The notes beneath the pieces are model-generated. The model had not been told where the DNA came from, ran no database searches, and saw only the letters and a list, made by a program, of their open reading frames with translations. Positions 43,001 through 54,371 of a stretch of 64,000 nucleotides of DNA are shown in pieces (position 1 is the first letter of the stretch; each line of letters opens with the position of its first letter). The stretch covers positions 5,642,001 through 5,706,000 of the forward strand of contig NC_134028.1 of assembly GCF_964204645.1 (NCBI RefSeq), written 5' to 3'. The translations under genes were made by a program, and so were the position numbers. Source of the DNA: Tubulanus polymorphus (Eukaryota > Animalia > Nemertea).

Positions 43001-43420
43001 GATAACTACGTGACGAACCGGAACAATCGCGTCGTTGCGGCGGCAGCAGGTGGCGCCACGGGCGGCGGCAAACTGAACATGATACGATACTCGCCGTGTA
43101 TGTGTTCGCATTGTCGTCAGTTCACTTACGACTCGATGCGCGGCGCCGCGCGGCGCGTCTACGAGTCGCACATGTTCGAACAGACTCAATACACGAGTTC
43201 GTGTCCCGTTCACGGGCATTTCGTGCGTTCGTACAGCGCGCCCGTTAGCCATCACTACTGTCAACACTATATCGAAACGGACTTGGATCGCGATTCGTGT
43301 CACATGGTGCCGACGGGGGTGCCGCCGCCGTGTTACAGCCCTCCGAATTATAATTATATTCCGCCTGACGAACAGAAGCTGTCGTTTCTTGGTGATTACA
43401 AAGTGGTCGGAGTTGTGTAA
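22097..43420 (+). CDS. STOX: Storkhead-box winged-helix protein (STOX1/STOX2 family), ~943 aa; exons 22097-22649, 23173-23403, 41069-41389, 41694-43420
   Basis: SWTKRMLKPPKGFFIHGIG|DVNGIEMQTIPQTQFISLPEAV...LVAERKVYQTG|ETFHVT matches the storkhead domain (human STOX1 AWRRRALRPPRGF..GDV..QSQF..ERKIYHTGEGYFIVT). Downstream motif FSGQFPPPEW. Phase-1 introns, 2832 nt in frame. Small extra exons inside the 17.7-kb intron cannot be excluded. Confidence 0.88.
25181..25530. repeat. 40-bp minisatellite, ~8.7 copies (ATAGATACATGTATCAAACATCTGATGCAATCCGGTATAT)
   Basis: Head-to-tail period of 40 with no spacers; internal palindrome GATACATGTATC. Confidence 0.95.
25976..26219. mobile_element. hAT-like MITE with CAGGGGCG..CCAG / CTGGATCCACCCCTG ends; related copies ~34638-34873, 56335-56640, 59290-59555
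   Basis: Terminal inverted repeats visible; no coding capacity. Confidence 0.55.
27363..27806. mobile_element. CAGGGT-terminated MITE; a second partial copy at ~32570-32935
   Basis: CAGGGTTC...GACCCTG ends. About 350 bp of clear similarity to 32570-32935 (e.g. AAAACTCCTTATATCCAGGAAT in both). Confidence 0.7.
28626..29253. mobile_element. CAGGGTGGCCAC-terminated MITE with three nested tandem copies of a second MITE (28645-28982)
   Basis: Outer TIR TAAGGTGGCCACTT / AAGTGGCCACCCTG, with relatives at 23440-23550, 33431-33703 and 8266-8530. Inner units have G(A/G)TCCAGTT..CAGTT / AACTGTGGAACTGGATC ends separated by CWG-like triplets. Confidence 0.75.
31773..31806 (+). pseudogene. 5' half of a tRNA/SINE head (A box, D arm)
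   Basis: GACCTTGTTAGCTCAGGTGGTTAGAGCGCACTGC, with no T arm or B box downstream. Confidence 0.5.
35938..36446. mobile_element. MITE with CAGGGTTTCCAG.GGT TIRs and TTTAA direct repeats on both flanks; relatives at 61652-61900, 63401-63741, 50466-50781, 9158-9434
   Basis: CAGGGTTTCCAGCGGT ... ACCACTGGAAACCCTG, with TTTAA at 35933-35937 and 36447-36451. Confidence 0.75.
36655..36895. mobile_element. Foldback element/MITE with ~80-bp imperfect inverted arms
   Basis: TGAACAAAATCCAC...GCGATTTATTTTC...GTTTTGAGTTTTGACTAAAC mirrors TTTAGTCAAAACTTCAAAAC...GAAAATAAATTGCG...GTGGGTTTTGTTCA. Confidence 0.7.
36993..37045. repeat. (TA)n microsatellite, ~26 units
   Basis: Seen directly in the sequence. Confidence 0.98.
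40699..40995. mobile_element. MITE-like element rich in GGAAACATG/CATGTTTCC subrepeats
   Basis: Ends CAATGCACA / GTGTGCATTG. Internal inverted pair CATGGAAAAAAATGTTTGATCT / AGATCAAACATATTTCATTCCATG. Confidence 0.55.
41432..41528. mobile_element. Short PIF/Harbinger-like MITE with CAG target-site duplication; same family at 22742-22934 and 28645-28982
   Basis: CAG|GATCCAGTTCCTCAGT ... ACTGTGGAACCCGGTC|CAG. Confidence 0.7.
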
Positions 43421-43520
43421 TGATCCTGATTGACTGCCAGGGGCTCCTTCACCGGTGCTTTACTCGCTGCAAATGATAATTATGGAACATCGCTTTCGTT
43501 GAGCTTGTAATCGAAACTAT

Positions 43521-43778
43521 AGCTGCGATCGCACAAGCGTTTTTGGCCCAGGCCAAAATGACAAACCTGGCCTGAGCCAAATTTTAGCACGGGTCAAATT
43601 ATTGTCTGTGAATTGCTGCTGGTTCCTGAAGTGACTCATCTCGCTTGGTAAAAGCATTGTTTACTTTCGTGTGAGTGATTTGAGTGTAAACACGCTCTCT
43701 CAATTAGGTACGGGCAAAATTTGACTCAGTCCTAAACCAATTTGGTCTGGACCAAAACGTCTATGTGTGTTCGGGGCT
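43521..43778. mobile_element. Dispersed ~250-bp MITE family rich in GGCCAAATT/TTTGGCCC motifs; copies ~29797-29918, 31868-32158 (reverse), 38590-38750, 39810-40047, 62725-62992
   Basis: Shared core GGGTCAAA..GTGAATTGCT.CTGGTTC..GAAGTGACTC..GTGAGTG..GTGTGAATGCGCTCTC across copies; GC.GCGATC.CAC-like termini. Confidence 0.8.
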
Positions 43779-46202
43779 TATGACTTTATACAGTGTTCAT
43801 AATATGGCTTATTATTTGTGCCTGTATTTCGGCTTTTCAAAGAAATGTACTTAAAAACTATACGACGACGACTGGCTTAGAAAATAGTTTAGTTAACGGC
43901 ATTTCTTCGGTCACCATAGGAAATTTCAGTAGTCGGTAGATTTTTCAGTTAGGAAACTGTTGTACGCAGTGTATCAGTTGTGATATTATAGACATAGTAA
44001 GATGATGATAGTGTAAAATACTCTTTAAAAACGAAGACATTAATATATATGTAAAATGTATTGTATATTGGTAAAAATGATTTATTCGTACATGTTCTTT
44101 TTATGAACGCGACAATTCAATGGTTGATTCTACTTAGCGATTACAGGGATACCTGTAGATATTTGTTGAAGAGGGTGTTTTTCGAAGCAGTCTTAATTCG
44201 ATTTTTCATTTATCAGAAAATGATATCTCAATACCTAGAACAAATCAACAAGTCTAGTACTGTTATTCGTATGCTAGTTATCAATCGGACTTGACTGCTT
44301 TGAAAAGCACAGGTTGGTAAAAGAGTGACTCGAATGTTGTTAGGTAAAAAGGTAGGACTCTTGTCATTGATAGCAGGACTCACAGGTGGAGCCACTGGCT
44401 TGATAGAATAGGTATTTAGTATTGATAAATTGTGATATGTTTTATTATTATGAGCTCAGTTTTATCGAAACAGATATACGTGTGTGTTGATTTTCATCAG
44501 GGACAAATTCTCATTTATTCACTTGAATTCATGCTTAACATGTTCCGGTGGTTGTCTCTGGTTCGAGATTTTCATTTCACAGTATCTGTTAGTGGCTTGC
44601 CGCGATATAGTTGTTAACATTCTACACGTTCAAAAAATAATTTCACAAGCCAGGAGAATTTTTACTCTCACATCAAAAAATAATCAATTTTCAAGTCTTT
44701 CTGATGCCTGAATTGATGTGAAACCTCGATACTGAAGTGTAGATGAATTTTCAATGCTTTAACTTAGTTAACTTATAATTGGCTTTTCTGACAATCTTCA
44801 TGCATTCACATTTGTTTGTCTTTTAATATATATGATATATTTTATCATTTTTAACTTTTTAAAATTGTTTATCATAATGTTTTATAATTTATGTTATCAA
44901 TCGCTTGATTCCGAAGTAAATAAGTGGTCAGAGATCTGGCAGCCCCGAGTAACATTCGAAGAAAAACTATATTTTGGGTGTATTTGATGTTAATTTGATT
45001 TTTGTTTGATAAGAAATGACTGATAAATGTAATATGACCAAGACTAATTTGAGATCAATGTTTAGAAATATATGTATTATGAAACTAACAATTGATTTCG
45101 TTCATTTTCTTGATGTTGGCACCGAGCAGAATTAAGACAACGAACTCTTGATTATATGCAGAGAATCCCACAATAGTTGATCAATCTCAAACAAGAATAA
45201 CTGATTCCAGTGCCCTGTTAAATCCAGCTGAGATACTTTAAGAGATTAAATATTAGTCTGAAAATTATTTATTTCTTGAATTTGACATCTTGCATTCATC
45301 TTAACAATGTGTATAAACATTCATACTACAACCACTCGACTTAAACCATAACTTACTATAACGCTACTAATAAAACAAATAGATTTCTTTTATTAATTTT
45401 CATTGAATATCTGCACTAAATAGTGGTTCTCTTTGCCTGAAAGAGTTGATTTTCAAAAAAAATTGCCAGTGTTTCAACTTCTTCTCATGGCATTAATAGA
45501 AACCAGATACACCCTCCAGAAATCTCACAGAAACTGAAGTTTGGAGAAATAAAAAGTTGCCAAATCGTAGGTAGTAATATGGTTTATGAACAAAAAGCGA
45601 ATCATGAATGTCTCATATCTCTATGTACAGGTCACAGCCAAATGATAAGACTACTGATAAACTAAAAAGTATTTAACCTCTAACTAATGACTAACATGAC
45701 TAAAATCAACTTGACAGATATACTCGGCAAATTGTATCTATGTATGTATGTACATGTGCAATAAGTTCTTCAATAAACTAGACTCATATACATGTACATT
45801 CTGGGATAGAAAATGAACGTATCTAACATATCATTGAAGTATTACTTCAGAATTTCTACACACGTACTGATATTTACTCGTGATTCCAGCTTGGAGCGAT
45901 CATCTTCAAAAATGATCACTCCAAACTTCCAGTTTCATCTGAAAGATTTCATACTTCAACATATTTCACAATATCAATTGCAAAATGCCTAAATGCTGTC
46001 ACTGATTTGATTAAATTTAGTGAAAATCTAAGTTTTAGTTTAAATGAAAACATCAGATACAACCTCACTGAATCCTATGGTAACTAAATATCTACAAAAG
46101 TTCCAACGTTTCACTCGCCAAACCGGACATTTTGTTCAGGGTGCGGCTATAAACGTCTATTGTCACTTCGATGGACGAGGATCCACTTCCACATTTTACA
46201 AC

Positions 46203-48051
46203 TTACGACTCGGCCATTAAACAACAACAACATAAAACACTCCAACACATAGCTAGTAAACAGCAGTCCTCGGCGGCCTCTCGATCTCGTCGTGCAGAAT
46301 CATCATAAACATATCTGTTAAAAACGATAGAAATAGATCATTCTTTAAAAATATGCCATTTATTTTCTCAATATCTTTTGAGAAAAATCTATACAGAAGA
46401 AAATGAAATGACGGAGCTTCTGGTTACCAAAATTTCTTCAATTCGAATTACTTAGTTCAGAAAACCTAGTGTGGTGAAAATATGGGTATTTATAAACAAC
46501 GGTATTTTCATTGAATTTTAATGAGAGATTGAGCAAATTTTCTCCCTGGCATTACAAACGATGGCGTTATAACGGACCTTGACTGTATACATGTATGTTG
46601 TAATGGTTTAAAGTTTGATTATTTCATTGCTCAAGATTCAAACATATTGCAGTCTATAACGACGATTTCAATGTCGTAATGTTGTAATAATGATTATTGA
46701 AATTCAATTTTGGCGAAATTTGTTCAAATGAAACGTAAAACTGATCAATACAAGTTGACAAACATCACCTCTATTTATAGACATTACTCATTATAGAATT
46801 GTTTTCATTTCAGGATGATGAACATCACATACGTATATAAAAGTGGCATATTATACTGTGTTGAATTAATTTGGATAGAATACAAAATAATCTAAAGTAT
46901 GATCTACTGAATATATACTATTGACAGAAAACATGCAAATTAATGAAATATCGAATACGCCAACTCGGGCAGCAAAAGCATGCTAAAACATTTTAAGACT
47001 TTGAAAATCTCGCACCACATCTTTAACGTAAGACAAGACACAAAGCGCTTATTTCTTGAATAATGTGAAAAGAAAAGCTTAGAAATGAAGCAGGATGTTT
47101 TCTTCCAGGGTACTATCATGTCTCATGGTGTAAGAAGGGCGACTCACACTGTCTTAGTGCTGTGGGTTATTGGATGATGTTCTGTATAACAATGATCACT
47201 ATCAGTTGACGAAGAATCACTTACGCATACGACTTCCCTGTATCCATCAAACATCAAATCTATTAGTTCATCGTATTTAACTTCGAAATACTGGTTCATA
47301 TCTCAACATTAAGATGATACTTACACCGTATTGTGAGGGTTATGATGATGATGGTGGTGATTGCAACCGTCACTTGAGTCGCAACAATGCCCCGATGGAG
47401 GATAATAGCCTGGTCCGGGCTGGGCGTATGTCGGTTGTGTTGGATATGGCTGGGGTGGTCCTTGATACGCCGGAGGTGGCGGGTATCCGCCAGCTTGTGG
47501 ATTATAGCCAGGTGGCGGCGGTCCTCCCTGGTATGGTGGCACCGGTTGATAGTTACTCATTCTGCAAAAGCGTGAACATACGAAATACATTATCATCTTA
47601 TTTTCTATATGCATTTGCGAAATTCCATGATATAGAATGATAATATCCCTGTAGCAGGTGTTCAGTTTAAAATCAATAGTGTTTGAATGATAATATACCC
47701 AAATAACAATTCTACGTGTATACAAGTTACAAAACAGCATTTAACAGAATGTGAGCTCTCGACCATTTATCTACAAATTGCTCTTTTTCAAACAAAATGT
47801 CTAATACACATTTAGTGAAGCCCACATGTTTTGCTGTGTTGAATCAGATGTCAAAAACTTCCTGGATCAAGCAACATGTAGTTTATACAGGCATTTGCCG
47901 AACATTTTCATACCACCTAAATCAGGTAGTTTCTAACACAAGGTAACCTAAATTTGAATTCTCTGAAAAATTCCACTCGTCAAAATTCAAATACTTACGC
48001 GTACAGTTCATATGAAGGTGGGGGTTGTGGGGGAGCTGATGGATAGGACAT
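46203..48051 (-). CDS. CYSTM1: Cysteine-rich transmembrane module protein (CYSTM1-like), 133 aa; exons 47999-48051, 47325-47561, 46203-46314
   Basis: P/Y/G/Q-rich N-terminus (YPPPPAYQGPPQPY), TVYVYDD, and C-terminal DCCLLAMCWSVLCCCCLMAES*. Phase-2 introns, 402 nt in frame. Confidence 0.8.
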
Positions 48052-49171
48052 CTCTGCTATCGATTTGTCTATTTCCTAATGTTTCGACTTTCCGCGATTT
48101 CAATTTACACTAATTAACAATCGTTAATAATTAACGATGATCATTTCGATAAAACGCCACCGGTAAAACACCCACAGGTTCACAATGTGTGATGTGAACT
48201 GGCGACAAACTGCCTCATCAATATAATACAATACACGACACAGCTGTTCGCATACACAGGAAGTTGATTCACAGGATTTACAAATATATAATGACATCTT
48301 TTTATTGGCGCAAAAGCGTTTGTTTTTACAAAATTCCATGATTCAAGAAAATCAAAACTCTTCTTCGTAATAAGTACAATGTTTAATTTTACCGCTTGCA
48401 AAAATGGACTTCAACCACCGGGTGTAACAACATTATTTGAAAAATTTAACTTTTAGTGCGACTAGTGCCACTTGGAATTAGCTGATTCTAAATCGTATTT
48501 GTAGGTTATATCTTCCAAATGTAGGAACACAGTTTTCATCAACCCGGTAATATACATGTTGGGTACTCATATGGGTAATATGATGCAAATAGTTTACCTG
48601 TTAAACTGCTTAAAATAGTGAGTATTAATGACGTGCCTTAATCCTTCATCGAACGTGTTATAACTGTAGTGAAAATTATTGCTCGTCTAAGTTTATACAT
48701 GTGTCATCAGGAAGTTATCAATGAGTGACATCATAGTCATGTGCTTTGGTGGCGTGACATACATTTTCTGGTTTTCCTTTCATTACAACGTCTCATTGAT
48801 CTATATAATAAATGAACACATGCCTAAAATACGTCTTACATGTATTTGAGGCATGTGTTTATTCATTATATATTCATTCTGTTGATCCCAACAGGTAATC
48901 ATCACATGTCCAACCATATCAGCGATATCCGCTCAAAATGCTAAAGTTCATAGAACGGGACTCAATTCCGAAATATTACTCAGTTGTTTAAGAATTCGAA
49001 AATCATCTAAAATTTTCACATTTTTCACACATTTCACACGAAAATTTACTTCATTAGTCATGTCTATCACAAATATGCTATACAATTTATGTAATTCGAC
49101 CATTTATGTGGTTACGTTTAATCCACGGAAATTACAAAAATCTCATATTTTCACTGACCTCATTCAAAACT

Positions 49172-52100
49172 CTAATCTAGCTCATTATATAAAGGCATAC
49201 ATTGAGGATCGTGTTTGTAAGCGCCGGAATTTTCTAGCACACCGGAAGGTGCACAGATCCACGGATCTGAAGTTTTCAACTGCCACATTTTCAATTCCGT
49301 TTGAAGCGTGGCCAGTATTTTGGTATACCGCGGCTCATGCGCCAAGTTTTCAGTTTCTTGCGGATTCGCGATTAAATCGTAAAGTTCCCACTGTGGACGG
49401 TAGTAATAGTCGTGTAACGATATCGACCAATGCGTCGGCTGGTGAGATCGGGTACGATTGAGAATATCGAGAAACGTCGGCGAAACGTAGAAGTCTTGGT
49501 CGATCGGAAACGGCATTTTGTAGTTCAAATTTTGAATCAGACGAAATCGACGATTGCGCAATACTCTCATCGGATAATACATCGTTACTTCGTGTAGATT
49601 ATGGCTCGAGTATACGGAATCCCAGCCGGTTTGCGGCTCGAATGTCAGCAGCGGGAGCATAGATTTACCGGTTAATACGACCGGGCCGGCTTTTCTAAAG
49701 ATATACGAATGCGGATAAGGGATTCGGTACCAATCCAACACGGTCGGTACAATATCAACTAGACTGGTCATAGCATCCGTCACCTGAAAAATGAGCGCGT
49801 AAATTTTCAAAGATCGGAATAAATCTCTTCCAATTAAGGAGAGACTCATCGACGACTACAGGGTGATGAGCTTAGGTATGCTTTTTCTCAACAGAGATAA
49901 GGCTAAACTTATAACTAAAGCTAAGAACTCATTTCTACTGAGCTTAGAAATTGACACAGCCGGCTGCCAATCTACCCTATAAACCTCTTTAAAGAAAAAT
50001 TATGATCAAGTTAACCGTAACCGACCTGGCAGCTATAGGAATTAACTGATTACAAATTTCATTGCAGTTTACAAAATGACCTGACCGATTAAGAGAAAGA
50101 AGCTATCATTTTTTTAAGCTAATACAGAGTAGAGACTAGGTGTGATAAATTTGAATCATGTGGTTGCTTATCATAGATCATGCTTATCATGCTTATCATG
50201 GGACTAGAACACATTCGGAAATTCCTAGAAGGCAATAAAAGAAACACCTGCCTGGCCATAGCGTTCTTTATGTGCCGGGGATGAAATAATCATTGGTTCA
50301 GCCATTCCCGGCTCATATAAGTTTGTTCGACCCATCGGAAATGGAATGCCATTATCGGAACTATATATAATCAAAGTATCATTTGCGTGTCCAGCATCGG
50401 TCAATTCTTTCAAGATCAAACCAATTCCTGTAGAATTCAAATGAATTTTCATTATAACCTGCATTCAGGGACATAGTAGTATGGCTGAGGATAAAGTAAG
50501 CATTTCTAAGCACTTTTTGATGTTGGTAAGACGGAATATACACTTTTCTTTAAAACCTCGTCTTAATCCACAAAATAAATCATTGAAGTGGACAACAGGC
50601 TATAATGGACAATTACAGGCATTATTTATATTGGCATAACACATTATTTTCCCGAAAAATAATTTTGGACAACAAAAGTAAAAAATAAGCACTTTGAAAT
50701 GTTTGTGTAATGTAAGCACTTCTTAAGGTCCTTACTATATCGTTAGCACATTTCAGCATTTTGCAGGCTACTATGGACCCGAGATTCAAATAACTTCAAA
50801 TAACGCTGGTGGGACATTCAAGTCAGAAAAAATGTAGCTATACCGAATAGTTACCTTGATCTAATCTGCTAATGGTCGTATACTGAGCAGCGATATCTTT
50901 ACGAGCGATCGGCGTGTCCGGAATGAAATACGGCACGATTACTTCATCGGGAGAGTACAATATCGGTTTCCAGTCTTTAATACGGCCCATACCGGGTTCA
51001 CCGTTACCAAACTTTTCACAAAACGATCCGTATTCCGGATGCGTGTGGCCGCATCGATGTGGATCATGGAATCCAACATACAGGAAAAATGGCCTAAAAA
51101 TCACCAGAAACTAATCGTTATAATACAACATCATCGGGCAAAAATTCTTGTGTAACAATTTGATTCTTGCCTGGTATCATTTTCATGCAGAAATTTTCGG
51201 ACAAGGTGTTTCATCAACGTGATGTTGCGACCGACTTGAAGAATCGAATTGTTTTCTTCCGTTTCGGCAAAATCAAACGGATACACAGATTCGGGCCCGA
51301 CATGTTTCTTGCCAATTATTCCTGAAAATAAACCGAATTATTTAGATTATCTAGATAATTAAATTTTCCGTTTATAATTGTAGCAGATTGTTTTTACCTG
51401 TTCTTATTCCATTATTGCGTAATATTAATGGCAAACTTAGCACTTTATCAAACGAATTGAAATGATGCACATCATGATGTAAACCATAAATTCCATTCTG
51501 ATGCTGGGGAAGTCCTGTCAAAATAGCCGATCTTTTGAAAGAAGAAAATTTCAAATGGTCAAGTTTATGGTATATCCAAATGGTCAATTTTAATGACGTA
51601 CTCAAATGGTAAATTTTTACGCCATATTCAAAACTTTTGTGATGAATTTCGATTGTTACCTGCTAGGAGAGCAACTGCTCACCGATGTAAAAGCATGTTT
51701 CACGGTGAGTCCTCGTTTCGCTAAAGCATCAATATTCGGAGTTTTACAAACTGTGTGATTGTACGCGCCAGTTTCAAAACCGGCATCGTCACCTGAAATA
51801 TGAGACACATAATCATTCATTGGCTGCGTATTCTTGCATCTTCTACAGAGGGTTTCTGAAAATTTGATATGTCTAACACTTTTTATTTGTAAGATCGTGA
51901 TAATTAAAAGAATATCTTAAGAATCTCATTTAGGATTATTAAGTATAGCATGTCAACTCGAGGCCACAAAGGTTTTTTATTGCTTGAAGTTTGGGGGTGA
52001 ATAGTAGTTTAGATCGTCCAGTGATTACTTCGTTCACACTGGGCGCTTCGACCTCGGTCAAAAAATTTCAGCAGCCCTCAAAAAGAACAAATTGTTTATA

Positions 52101-52248
52101 ATTTTCTGTCAAATTTACCTATTATAACAAGGACGTTTTTGGAATTGATTTCAGAATGGAAAATTAATGAAAACAGTATACAGAGACATGTAAAATGTTT
52201 TTGAAGTGCGGCGTTGCAAATGTCAAATTTAAATTTGACAGCTGCCAT
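49172..52248 (-). CDS. SGSH: N-sulphoglucosamine sulphohydrolase (sulfamidase), 524 aa; exons 52119-52248, 51660-51792, 51398-51531, 51171-51321, 50855-51093, 50252-50427, 49172-49783
   Basis: NVLVIIGDDAGFE, sulfatase motif [74 protein letters not shown]. 1575 nt in frame if two GC donors are used. Confidence 0.95.
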
Positions 52249-52353
52249 TTTGTCCAGTCACATGACTTACTTACCAGAGGGAATAGTCGGACGGAAGCTC
52301 GGCTTAGAAATCGGACATAAACCGGACGGATAGTGGAATTTGTCCGTTCCTGC

Positions 52354-52483
52354 GTCTCGGTTAACAGCCAAATGGTTAGACTGGTTACCGGTCTCTATCT
52401 TCAACTACATATTGAATGGGACAGGCAACCAGTCTATACCGTGGCAATCTCGATGCCATCAGGTTCGAATCCCTCCCTGGGGA
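52354..52483 (+). mobile_element. tRNA-derived SINE head (A box, B box) interrupted by a 60-bp hairpin mini-MITE (52377-52436)
   Basis: A-box-like CAGCCAAATGG and perfect B box GGTTCGAATCC (52462-52472). The insert has ends TAGACTGGTTACCGGTC / GACAGGCAACCAGTCTA, and a shorter copy occurs at 54710-54741. Confidence 0.55.
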
Positions 52484-52644
52484 GGATAGGCAAAAATCCT
52501 CTACCTTTCAACTTCAAGTGAAGAGCTCGCGGTGATTTCAGTGTCTAAATCCAACAATCGATACATCAATGAAGCACAACATCTTATATTGTGTTAATAA
52601 CCAGATTCATCAAATGAACGTATTCTGAGCTTAGGAGAGCAAAA

Positions 52645-53296
52645 TTTGCAGGTCAGGGGCGACTGGCAGGGTCGGGCTATGGGTGATTTACTGGTAGGGT
52701 CGGGCTATGGGGTGATTAACTGGAAGGTCGGGATCAGGGGTGATTTACTGCTGAATAGAGGATGTACAGGGTTGTGACGGGTTTGAAACCTAGTAATTAC
52801 TGACACTGATTCAGAGTGGTCCTGATGCTGAATAGAGGATGTACAGGGTTGTCCCGGTTTTTTTGCAGGTCAGGGGCGACTGGCAGGGTGGGGCTATGGG
52901 TAATTTACTGGTAGGGTCGGGCTATGGGGTGATTAACTGGAAGGTCGGGATCATGGGTGTTTTTCTGCTGAATAGAGGATGTACACTAGGGGTGTCTCGG
53001 GGGTTCAAACCCAGTAATTACTGATACTGATTCAGAGTGGTCCGGATGCTGAATAGAGGATGTACGGGGGTATCCCGGGTTTGAAACTTAAGAATTATTG
53101 ATACTGATTCAGAGTGGTCCTGATGCTAAATAGAGGATGTACAGGGGTGTCCCGGGTTTGAAACCCAGTAATTACTGACTCTGATTCAGAGTTGTCCAGA
53201 TGTTGAATAAAGGATGTACAGGGGTGTCCCGGATTCGAACCCAGTAATTACTCATACTGATTCAGAGTGGTCCAGATTCTGAATAAAGGATGTACC
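52645..53296. repeat. Compound satellite: ~218-bp duplication plus a 76-77-bp tandem unit
   Basis: CTGATTCAGAG recurs at 52806, 53027, 53104, 53181 and 53257. 52645-52860 is repeated from 52863. Confidence 0.9.
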
Positions 53297-53613
53297 GTGG
53301 ATTAGCGGATTTTTCATACACTAATGTGAATTGTCTCTGGCAACCAAGAGTCTACTGCCAGAGTCAGTTCGTGTTAGTTTATGCAAATCCAAGCATAGTG
53401 AATCTTAAGAATCGGCAGAACATAGCATAACATAGCATCACAACCACTGACTGGTGAACTAATTAAGTTCAGAGTAGCTAATTAACTAAACAACAAAGAG
53501 TTTCTAACAATTATATTTACTCTCATATAACAATTATACGAAATGCCAGGTGTGCTCGAGGATTTATAACTTAAGTTTCTCAAACACGTGGACTGTATTT
53601 CAAAAACAGTCCA

Positions 53614-53658
53614 ACCATGGACGTATAAACTATAAACTAGAGTTTATACGTCCATGGT
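53614..53658. repeat. Palindromic mini-element ACCATGGACGTATAAACT..AGTTTATACGTCCATGGT; relatives at 37718-37750 and 53699-53731
   Basis: Perfect 18-bp inverted arms and dispersed copies. Confidence 0.75.
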
Positions 53659-53819
53659 CCAAGCATAGACCCTAAAAGAGAAACGTCTATAGCACACAAC
53701 CATGGACTCTACACTATGAGAGTGCATGGCTCCCCGCACTAAAACCAGAGATAAACCTGGCCGAATACCCTGGAAAGCATAAGATTTAAGTTGTGACCAG
53801 TTTTTATCAGTTTTTCGAG

Positions 53820-54250
53820 TCCAACGATTTGTGATTTGATGAATCGATTTGAATTTGATACCGTGTTAAATTCAAAGATTAGACCAAATCAAATTTGATT
53901 TTGCCATGATAGATAAAAACGCTTCATAAGCGTTTTTATCTAAGCAAATCGCTTTGGATTTGCAAATCCACCTGTCTCGCTGATTTGTTAAATCGATTTG
54001 CAGTTAGATAAACGCGCGGATTAGTAACCAGTGCTGGGAGACTTGCTGATTCTTTTCCGCCATCTTTACTCTCCATGTAAATCTACTAAAATCAGTTTGA
54101 CAAATCAAGCAAATCGCTCCACTAGCGATTTGCTTGATTAGTCAAATCGATTTGAGTAATCATTCAAATAAATGCATTGATTAGCTGAATCGATTTGATA
54201 AATCAAGTAGAGAAATGCGCAGTATTCAATATCTAGATAAAAGCGCCTAT
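53820..54250. mobile_element. MITE-like palindromic element(s) rich in AAATCG/CGATTT subrepeats
   Basis: Ends AGCGTTTTTATCTA (53929) / TAGATAAAAGCG (54234). Internal hairpin TTTGACAAATCAAGCAAATCGCT..AGCGATTTGCTTGATTAGTCAAA. Confidence 0.6.
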
Positions 54251-54371
54251 ATGAATTATACGATTTTACTTAAAATCAAATTTTTTGACGTGATAGATTT
54301 GCCTTATGGTAAATATCTTTAAGGAAACATATATTGAGGTGGCGCTAGCGTGAACGGATCGAAAAAATCTT

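Noticed and set aside
41726-43303. Several antisense or alternative-frame ORFs over the STOX last exon (similarly over GTPBP1, SGSH and 1629-3047)
   Set aside because: Shadow ORFs of GC-rich coding sequence.
41660-43420. 586-aa ORF as a stand-alone gene
   Set aside because: Its first 11 codons are intronic (acceptor at 41693); it is the last exon of STOX.
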